Assembly (NCBI GenBank): GCA_018400815.1
Contig: JAGYLS010000058.1
Span: forward strand, 1 to 10,942
DNA length: 10,942 bases
Direction: 5' to 3'
Source of the DNA: Candidatus Oleincola secundus
GTDB taxonomy: Bacteria > Atribacterota > Phoenicimicrobiia > Phoenicimicrobiales > Stramentimicrobiaceae
Below, piece after piece: positions 1-6,547 of the stretch (its first letter is position 1; every line of letters begins with the position of its first letter). The translations under genes and the position numbers were made by a program. Below the pieces are notes generated by a model. That model made no database searches, was not told the DNA's origin, and saw only the letters and a list, made by a program, of their open reading frames with translations.

Positions 1-355
1 TGATATTTTTTCCAGAAAGGAAAGAAAATATCTCTGATACTCCTTTGTTTACATTGACTAAAGTTTTCAATTGGTCAAATTCATTTCTATAGAATTTAAT
101 AAAACGTTGCCAGATTTCTTCGGTTTGGTCTTCAAGCCCTTTGGTAAAAGTCTGGTTAAAGACTTCTTTATTGGTTAATTCACCATTATTATGCAGAACT
201 GCTTTCGTAGAACTTAAAACCATTTGCCATAATACATGTGGAGATACAATATCTGACATTATTGGAGCAACTTTCTTAATATATGCCTTAAAAAATTTTG
301 CTTCATCGAATAAAATCAAGGTATTATCGAGATCAAAAAGTATGGTTTTTGTCAT
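1..355 (-). CDS. HAD-superfamily hydrolase (N-terminal 118 aa; continues past the left edge)
   Basis: Manual translation from ATG at 355: MTKTILFDLDNTLILFDEAKFFKAYIKKVAPIMSDIVSPHVLWQMVLSSTKAVLHNNGELTNKEVF..., open to the window edge. HAD motif I (hhhDxDxT = ILFDLDNT) sits at the N-terminus. Strong RBS AGGAGGA (370..364) lies 8 nt upstream. Not in the ORF track. Confidence 0.9.
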   Translation of the reverse strand, partial: MTKTILFDLDNTLILFDEAKFFKAYIKKVAPIMSDIVSPHVLWQMVLSSTKAVLHNNGELTNKEVFNQTFTKGLEDQTEEIWQRFIKFYRNEFDQLKTLVNVNKGVSEIFSFLSGKNI

Positions 356-610
356 TATTTGTGTCCTCCTGTAAAATATAATTATAAACAGTTTTTTGTG
401 GTTTTACCAGAAAAGATATTACCTTTTGTTTGATTATTTCAATAAATAGAAACTTTTTAAAATAGGGATTCAGATCTGTCTATTTTTTAGTGATGCCATT
501 TTCTATTTTAATTATTTTGTTTTATAATTAAACTATACTATAAGATTTAAAATTTGAATTTAGTTAAGGTTTTTAAAAAAGATAAAAAAAAGAGATAGGA
601 GGAAATCGAA

Positions 611-1042
611 ATGAAATTAAGTAGTCTTGAATTCGAACATGAAGGGTATATTCCCAAAAAATTTACCTGTGACGGAGAAGATGTGAGTCCCGCATTGATG
701 ATTGAAGATATTCCCGAAGAAGCAAAAAAATTAGCTCTCATTGTGGATGATCCGGATGCCCCTATGGGAACCTGGGTGCACTGGGTAGTGTTTAATATTT
801 CTAAAAAAGATGTTATTGAAGAGGGTGAAGTTCCTGGCACACAGGGGATTAATGATTTTGCTAAATTGCAATACGGAGGTCCCTGTCCTCCATCCGGGAC
901 ACATCGTTATTTCTTTAAACTCTATGCCCTGGATGAGAAACTTGAGCTGAAAGAAGGATGCCATAAAAAAGATCTGTTAAAAGCCATGGATGGTCATATT
1001 TTAGAGGAAACTGAATTGATTGGCCTTTATCAACGGAAATAA
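611..1042 (+). CDS. YbhB/YbcL family PEBP (Raf kinase inhibitor-like) protein
   Basis: Family motifs FTCDGEDVSP, DDPDAP, WVHWVVFNI, YGGPCPPSGTHRYFFKLYALD. AGGAGG RBS just upstream. No signal peptide visible. Confidence 0.95.
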   Translation: MKLSSLEFEHEGYIPKKFTCDGEDVSPALMIEDIPEEAKKLALIVDDPDAPMGTWVHWVVFNISKKDVIEEGEVPGTQGINDFAKLQYGGPCPPSGTHRYFFKLYALDEKLELKEGCHKKDLLKAMDGHILEETELIGLYQRK

Positions 1043-1052
1043 ATTTGAAAAA

Positions 1053-1925
1053 TCAGGCTTCTTCTTTTCTGAGGTAAACCACCTGTCGATTGAAGGGAAT
1101 TTCAACTCCTTGAGAATCAAAATGATTTTTAATGAGCAGTTTTAATTCTCTTTCGGCTCCCCAATGCATCATTGGTTTTAGTTTGGCAATGAGACGAATG
1201 GTTATACCTGAGGCACCTAATGAGAGAACTCCCTGTACGACGGGTGGTTCCAATATAATATCTTTATTTTTTTCTGCCCACTGTTGTCCAATAGCCTCTA
1301 ATTCTTTCATTCCTTTTTCAGTATCCTGTTCATAGGCTATATCAACTTCAACCATAGCCCTGGTCCATTCTTTATTATAATTACCAAAATTTCCAATCTG
1401 TCCGTTGCGAATTGTCCAAAGCTCACCGGAAAATTTACGCAGCTGGATATGTCTTAAATTCATTGATTCAACTGTACCGGTATGAGAGTCAGTAGTAATC
1501 ACATCTCCGACTGAGATTGTTCCATCAAGTAGAATAAATATACCTGAAATAAAGTCTTTAACAATTGCCTGGGCACCAAAACCGATGGCCAGGCCAAGTA
1601 CTCCGGCACTGGCAATGATTGGGGTGGTATCTATTTCTATTTTTTTCAGGACGATAGTAATAGCTATAAAAAGAACGATAAATTTTAATATTGTATAAAA
1701 AAATGGAATAAGAGTATTCGCACGGGATAGTTTTTGTTGGTAGTTAATGGCACTTTCGTGGGGTATCAGGACCTTTTCTATTAATCTTTTACTAGCTCTC
1801 AGTATTATTTTGCTGATGATCCAAACAACAATTACAGTGATAATAATAGCAAGCAATTCTTGTAACCTTTCAGGTTCAAGTAATTGCTGCCATAGTTGAG
1901 ATAATTTTAGTATTGCCTGTTCCAT
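1053..1925 (-). CDS. mscS: Small-conductance mechanosensitive channel, MscS family
   Basis: Three N-terminal hydrophobic segments, TM3 pattern ASAGVLGLAIGFGAQAIVKDFISG, then VGDVI...GTVE and C-terminal GVEIPF. Start moved from 1952 to ATG 1925 (MEQAIL..., 290 aa) because AAGGAGGA (1938..1931) lies 5 nt upstream. Confidence 0.92.
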   Translation of the reverse strand: MEQAILKLSQLWQQLLEPERLQELLAIIITVIVVWIISKIILRASKRLIEKVLIPHESAINYQQKLSRANTLIPFFYTILKFIVLFIAITIVLKKIEIDTTPIIASAGVLGLAIGFGAQAIVKDFISGIFILLDGTISVGDVITTDSHTGTVESMNLRHIQLRKFSGELWTIRNGQIGNFGNYNKEWTRAMVEVDIAYEQDTEKGMKELEAIGQQWAEKNKDIILEPPVVQGVLSLGASGITIRLIAKLKPMMHWGAERELKLLIKNHFDSQGVEIPFNRQVVYLRKEEA

Positions 1926-1956
1926 ATCATTCCTCCTTAGGTCTTTCTTCAACTTT

Positions 1957-1984
1957 ATTTTATCAGATAGAGATAGTTAATCAA
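1957..1984 (-). promoter_or_regulatory. Candidate sigma70-type promoter for the mscS gene
   Basis: TTGATT (1984..1979), 16 nt, TAAAAT (1962..1957) preceded by TGn (extended -10). Position is consistent with the 1925 start. Confidence 0.45.
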
Positions 1985-2108
1985 GTTTTATGGTATATAC
2001 GCAATTTATTAATGATTAAAATTCCAAAAAATAGTAGAATATAATTGAAAATGTTTTTCCTGATAAGATGTAGATTACTAAATTAATAAAAAATAGGAGA
2101 AGAATATA

Positions 2109-3020
2109 ATGGAAGGCTGGATTCTGTATAAGCAGAAGCAAAGTGAAATATCATCTGACAAGTATGAAATGAATCGATTTCTGGAAGTAGCTCAACAAAG
2201 AGAGATAAGCTTAAAGATATTATGTCCGGAACAGTTTGATTTATTGGTCAATAGAGAAGATAACAAAAGCGTGATTGTTGATAATCATTATACAAAACTA
2301 CCACAATTCTTATTACCCAGACAGGGAGCCAGTACTCCTTATTTTTCCCTGGCAGTTATTCGACACCTGGAAAGACTGGGTGTTCATACTTTTAACTCAT
2401 CAGAGAGCATTGAAACAGTCAAGGATAAATTGTATACTCAACAAATATTAGCTGCCAATAACTTTCCGGTTCCCCGGACGATGTTAGCGAGGTATCCCCT
2501 GAATATTCAATTAATTGAAGAGACTCTGGGGTTCCCCATCGTAGTTAAGACAATATCAGGGTCCCAGGGAAGTGGTGTTTTTTTGTGTGAAACTAAGGGT
2601 CACCTGGAAGACCTGATGCAATTAATTGATACTGCTAAAACGCAAGCTAATTTCATTATTCAGGAATTTATTAAAACAAGCAAAGGAAGAGACTTGAGAG
2701 TTTTTATTGTCGGCAGCAGGGTCATTGCCTGTATGGAGAGAATTTCAAAGGATGGTAATTTTAAAGCAAATTTTTCCAGGGGTGGTGAAGTAAAATCATT
2801 CTCAGTTAATCCTGAGATTGAATGGCTAGCTACTGAGAGTGCCAGAGTATTGAATTTAGACATTGCCGGTATTGATTTATTGTTTGATGGAGAAAATTTT
2901 AAGGTATGTGAAGCCAATTCATCACCCGGATTCAAGGGAATAGAAAGCTGCTGTGATGTTAGTATCCCTGATGCCATCTTTGATTTTATTAAAATTCGGC
3001 TGGGATTGCATCAGGGATAA
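2109..3020 (+). CDS. RimK/LysX-family ATP-grasp alpha-L-glutamate ligase-like protein
   Basis: ATP-grasp motifs DKLYT, FPIVVKTISGSQGSGV, IIQEFI, GRDLRVFIVG, NFSRGG, GIDLL, CEANSSPGF. 303 aa. RBS AGGAGA upstream. Substrate cannot be determined, so rimK is not assigned. Confidence 0.9.
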   Translation: MEGWILYKQKQSEISSDKYEMNRFLEVAQQREISLKILCPEQFDLLVNREDNKSVIVDNHYTKLPQFLLPRQGASTPYFSLAVIRHLERLGVHTFNSSESIETVKDKLYTQQILAANNFPVPRTMLARYPLNIQLIEETLGFPIVVKTISGSQGSGVFLCETKGHLEDLMQLIDTAKTQANFIIQEFIKTSKGRDLRVFIVGSRVIACMERISKDGNFKANFSRGGEVKSFSVNPEIEWLATESARVLNLDIAGIDLLFDGENFKVCEANSSPGFKGIESCCDVSIPDAIFDFIKIRLGLHQG

Positions 3021-3096
3021 TTACAAACTGTATATATTGGTCCTTGTATGAGAGGTATTGGCTCGTTACAAATTTTATGAAAATGAGGGGTAAAAT

Positions 3097-4485
3097 ATGA
3101 GAAAATTTCAAAATAAAATGGATACTTCAGACTGGAAAGAAATCAATATTGAGTATTTAAATAAATATATCAAACTAAAAGTACCGCCTGCATGTGAGAC
3201 ACTACAATTAAGCCCTATACCTCCTTTAAAGAGTGTAAAATCAGAAATTGAGAAGGCCTTTAATTGTCCTATTTGTAGTAATACGATAAAGGAAATTGTT
3301 CATTCAAAAAATAAACCTGTTGATGAAGTTACTGTGGCAATTGCCGTTTCTGATAATACGCGTCCAGTACCTTATCATTGTGAACAGGATGGTAATATTC
3401 TATCACCAATTCTAACAAGATTAGAAAGAACGGGAATCAGAAAAGAGAATATAAAAATTATTATAGGTACAGGAACACATGCTCCTACTTCCTCCCAATG
3501 GAAAAAGGAATCATTTGGAGATAAAGTTGTTGAAAATTACCAGCTGATAGATCATGATTGTTATGCAAAAGATTTGATTCCCATTGGAGATGTGATGGGT
3601 GTGCCGGTAAAAATTAATAGAGATTTTATTAAAGCAGATATTCATATCATAACAGGTTTAGTGGAAACACATTTTATGGCAGGTGCATCCGGTGGAAGAA
3701 AGGCTGTCTGTCCCGGTATGGTCAACCTTGAAGCTACCCAGGTCTTTCATGGACCTGAATTTATGGCTAATGAAAATGCGGACAATCTTTTGTTTACTGA
3801 TAACCCCTGTCATGAATTTGCCTTGGAGGTAGCCAGAAGAGTAAATGTCGATTTTGCAGTCAATGTATTGATTAACGGCGAACACCAGGTATGCGGAATT
3901 TATACTGGTGATTTGAAACAATCTCATCAAAAAGCAGTCGACAAGCTGAAAGATTTTTCGCTTATTCACATTAAAAAAGAATATGATATTGTATTGACTC
4001 ATGGAGGAAAGGGTGCTGTCAACCATTATCAGTCTATTAAAGGTGCCTGGGGTGCCTTGCCGGCATTAAAGAAAGGCGGGCATATTATATTATTAGCTCA
4101 TAACCAGGATGATGAGCCTATTGGAAGCCAATATTATAAAGATTTAATGAAAAAGTTTGCAGAAGTCGGATTAGGTAATTTTTATCCGCTTATCTGCAGT
4201 GATAACTGGGAATTTACACATGACCAGTGGGAAGCACAAAAGTGGGAGCAGTTCTTTAACCGAATTGGCGGATATAATCAACTAATTTATTGTACTACCA
4301 ACATATCCCCGGAAGTGCTTGCTGCGCTACCAGGGAAGAGTGGTTATGATTTTATAAAATATTCCCCGCAAGATATCACCACCATGTTGCAGAATGCAAT
4401 TTATTATTGTGTGTCACAGAAGAAAGACCCATCAATGGCTTTTATCAAAGAAGGTCCATACGTTGTTTTAAGAAAGGATATGTAG
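3097..4485 (+). CDS. larA: Nickel-pincer-nucleotide-dependent lactate racemase (LarA) family racemase/epimerase
   Basis: SDNTRP, GTGTH, ETHFMAGASGGRKAVCPG, VFHG and NHYQSIKG match the LarA catalytic and cofactor-binding motifs (equivalent to D72/R75, H108, H174/K184, H200 and Y294/Q295/K298 of Lactiplantibacillus LarA, aligned by eye). RBS GAGGGG. Substrate may not be lactate. Confidence 0.88.
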   Translation: MRKFQNKMDTSDWKEINIEYLNKYIKLKVPPACETLQLSPIPPLKSVKSEIEKAFNCPICSNTIKEIVHSKNKPVDEVTVAIAVSDNTRPVPYHCEQDGNILSPILTRLERTGIRKENIKIIIGTGTHAPTSSQWKKESFGDKVVENYQLIDHDCYAKDLIPIGDVMGVPVKINRDFIKADIHIITGLVETHFMAGASGGRKAVCPGMVNLEATQVFHGPEFMANENADNLLFTDNPCHEFALEVARRVNVDFAVNVLINGEHQVCGIYTGDLKQSHQKAVDKLKDFSLIHIKKEYDIVLTHGGKGAVNHYQSIKGAWGALPALKKGGHIILLAHNQDDEPIGSQYYKDLMKKFAEVGLGNFYPLICSDNWEFTHDQWEAQKWEQFFNRIGGYNQLIYCTTNISPEVLAALPGKSGYDFIKYSPQDITTMLQNAIYYCVSQKKDPSMAFIKEGPYVVLRKDM

Positions 4486-4643
4486 GCGTAATTATTGTAT
4501 CTGTTTTGCTTCTGATGCTGTCCAAGACTGGAAAAGGCGGTCAATATTTCAGTATTATTTTTATAATACCATAATTGAATAATTGATTAGATATTTGTAT
4601 GTATAATTATTATTTTGTAAATTAATATAAAATATAGAAATTT

Positions 4644-5618
4644 TTATTCAGTTAATGAAGATAATGCTTTAATTCTTTTTAACATATTGGGATGTGTGGT
4701 AAATAATTCCATCATTTTTTCAGATTGGCTTATCCTGATTTGTTTCCCCCTTAGATTAAGCAGTTCATGTTGTTCGATTGTACCACTGAGATTTCCATCC
4801 AGTTCTTTTAATTCTTTAATCTCCTGGTGAGCCCTGGCGACATCATTAAGGAAAAAAGCACGAAAACCTTCTACTTCACGGAGTTCCTGTTCACCTTTTT
4901 GATTTCCCTTAAAACGGGCTGAGCTATATACCAGTTTATAAAGGGCTGAAGCAAGTTGATGAGGTGGGTTGCCTAATTGAATACTTCCCTGGTCTGCATA
5001 GTATTCCCTTATTCTGGAGCCATACAGAACTAACAGATTAGTGATAAAGTAAAGGACAAAGGCAACCAAGCCAATTAAAGCAGCTGAACCGCCGCTTTCT
5101 CTTCTCCTGAACATACCACCCCACATCATGCGCCAGGCTAACCAATAAAGCATTAAAGGAATAACTGATAGAATGGTTATAAGTACCATATCCCTATGTT
5201 TGAGATGAGAGATTTCGTGTCCCAGGACTGCCTTTAATTCTTCCTGGTTTAATAGTCCCTGCATTCCTCTGGTGATACAGACTCGGCCATCTTTTATGGT
5301 TCTACCGAAAGCAAATGCATTGGGGATTGCCATCTGTGAAATTCCAACCTTTGGTTTAGGAATTCCTGCTTTTTGCGATAATTCTTCTATCATCTTATGA
5401 AGTTCTGGCTCATCTGATTGACTAACCCATTTTACTTTCATCATAGCAGTAACTAGAGAAGGACCTAAAAGATACTGGAAGAAAGTTATTCCTATGGCCA
5501 TGATTAAATAGGTAGTTAAATTTCCTGCTCCAAGGTAGGTGCCGATACCGGTAATAACGCCATAGAGTATGGCAAACATTAATATAATTAATATCCATAT
5601 TCTTAGCTGAAGACTCAT
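4644..5618 (-). CDS. htpX: Zinc metalloprotease HtpX (peptidase M48)
   Basis: Two N-terminal TM helices, PNAFAFG, AVLGHEISHLKHRD (HExxH), SRIREYYAD, LASALYKL and C-terminal LFTTHP..KRI. RBS AAGGAGGA upstream. Confidence 0.95.
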   Translation of the reverse strand: MSLQLRIWILIILMFAILYGVITGIGTYLGAGNLTTYLIMAIGITFFQYLLGPSLVTAMMKVKWVSQSDEPELHKMIEELSQKAGIPKPKVGISQMAIPNAFAFGRTIKDGRVCITRGMQGLLNQEELKAVLGHEISHLKHRDMVLITILSVIPLMLYWLAWRMMWGGMFRRRESGGSAALIGLVAFVLYFITNLLVLYGSRIREYYADQGSIQLGNPPHQLASALYKLVYSSARFKGNQKGEQELREVEGFRAFFLNDVARAHQEIKELKELDGNLSGTIEQHELLNLRGKQIRISQSEKMMELFTTHPNMLKRIKALSSLTE

Positions 5619-5656
5619 TGTATCCTCCTTTGCATAGCACAGTAAAAGATATAGTC

Positions 5657-5685
5657 ATTATAATGTTTTATATTTCAGTAAACAA
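5657..5685 (-). promoter_or_regulatory. Candidate sigma70-type promoter for htpX
   Basis: TTGTTT (5685..5680), 17 nt, TATAAT (5662..5657), about 40 nt upstream of the htpX start. The -10 lies within the palindrome CATTATAATG (5656-5665). Confidence 0.55.
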
Positions 5686-5750
5686 GAATAAGATTGATCT
5701 ATTTTAAAAATTGTACAGCATGTTTATCTTTATGAAATAAAAAGTCAATT

Positions 5751-6047
5751 CTATTCTTTTTTATTTTCTGAGTCTTCAATAATCTCTGCATCGACTGTTT
5801 TTTCATCTTTGGTTTCTTTATTAGTATTGTTTCTTTCTTCATCAGATGATGGTGAGCTTTCTTTTATAGGTTCTAATGGAATAATAATCCAGGCGATAAT
5901 ATAAGCAATAATTCCACCTCCTCCAAAAAAGATGGTCAACAGGGCTAACAGGCGAATGATGGTAGGGTCAACATCAAAGTATTCCGCAATTCCACCACAT
6001 ACTCCGGCAATTTTACTGTCTTTTCTGGAACGATATAATTTTTTCAT
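5751..6047 (-). CDS. pspC: PspC domain-containing membrane protein with a charged low-complexity C-terminal tail
   Basis: [32 protein letters not shown]...YIIAWIIIP is the PspC signature. Start moved from 6062 to ATG 6047 (98 aa) because GGAGGT (6060..6055) lies 7 nt upstream. Confidence 0.92.
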   Translation of the reverse strand: MKKLYRSRKDSKIAGVCGGIAEYFDVDPTIIRLLALLTIFFGGGGIIAYIIAWIIIPLEPIKESSPSSDEERNNTNKETKDEKTVDAEIIEDSENKKE

Positions 6048-6091
6048 AGAATTTACCTCCAAATATTTAATAATAAAAATGTTTAAATTGA

Positions 6092-6352
6092 TTACAATCC
6101 CAAATCTTTATTAATAAGAAGGATAGTAATTCTCCCCGGTGGATAGGACTTCTCGATAATACTCCAAGCATTAAAAATACGGTTATTATCCTGACAGTCC
6201 ATGCATTTTCCTGTAAAAACACATGGTGTTTTTACAGGATGTCTTTGTGCATTCCTGGGAGCAACATAGTTTCTGATGCGATCAATTGCTTCAGAAATAT
6301 TAGAAACTATTTTATTTTTTCCAACGATAATAATAACATGTTTATATATTTT
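6092..6352 (-). pseudogene. 5'-truncated remnant of a LUD-domain (lactate utilization protein-like) gene
   Basis: 86-codon stop-free frame with no usable start at its 5' end: [87 protein letters not shown] recognise this as the C-terminal part of anaerobe LUD proteins (VIIVxGxNKIV...A..R...AP.NA.R...TPC...G.C.DC....RIC...LG). In-frame TAA at 6355..6353. Confidence 0.8.
6209..6239. repeat. Perfect 14-bp inverted repeat with a 3-nt spacer
   Basis: TCCTGTAAAAACAC (6209-6222) - ATG - GTGTTTTTACAGGA (6226-6239), read directly. Confidence 0.95.
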
Positions 6353-6462
6353 TTAGAAGAATATTCTCTAAATTTAGATTATTTATTATCATAATCAAAA
6401 TATCTATATCTGGCAAGGCCATAAAAATAGGTAATGTAAATAAATGTTTCTAAATAAAATAA

Positions 6463-6526
6463 TTGACCATAGGTTGATAATATTATAATATATCTTTATA
6501 TCTGTATATTTGAATATATAAATATA
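6463..6526 (+). promoter_or_regulatory. Candidate promoter and operator for the CoA-disulfide reductase gene
   Basis: TTGACC (6463-6468) with TATAAT (6484-6489, 15-nt spacer) or TAATAT (6486-6491, 17-nt spacer). Downstream dyad TATATTT-N8-AAATATA (6505-6526). The AT-rich background lowers significance. Confidence 0.4.
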
Positions 6527-6547
6527 TACTAATGAGGAATTTAATTT

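Noticed and set aside
141..374. 77-aa plus-strand ORF
   Set aside because: Antisense shadow of the HAD hydrolase; no RBS or recognisable motif.
444..508. Nested AT-rich inverted repeats (AAATAGAAA/TTTCTATTT and AAAATAG/CTATTTT) in the divergent intergenic region
   Set aside because: Short arms with offset centres, expected by chance at this AT content; not supportable as an ncRNA or operator.
547..964. Minus-strand ORFs 547..840 and 731..964
   Set aside because: Antisense to the well-supported PEBP gene; no motifs.
1132..1335. 67-aa plus-strand ORF
   Set aside because: Antisense to mscS.
1926..1952. Longer mscS N-terminus from the ORF track (MKKDLRRND)
   Set aside because: This stretch contains the RBS for ATG 1925 and lies at the predicted transcription start.
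2660..4026. Minus-strand ORFs 2660..2977 and 3658..4026
   Set aside because: Antisense shadows of the ATP-grasp and larA genes.
4486..4643. Possible terminator or small RNA between convergent larA and htpX
   Set aside because: No convincing GC-rich stem with a U-tract; mostly AT-rich low-complexity sequence.
5422..6114. ORFs 5422..5658 (-) and 5932..6114 (+)
   Set aside because: Alternate-frame overlap with htpX and antisense to pspC respectively; no RBS or motifs.
6353..6460. Frameshifted or recoded 5' continuation of the LUD remnant
   Set aside because: The upstream stop is TAA, not a Sec or Pyl codon, and I could not recognise LUD-like sequence in the AT-rich upstream stretch; truncation fits better.
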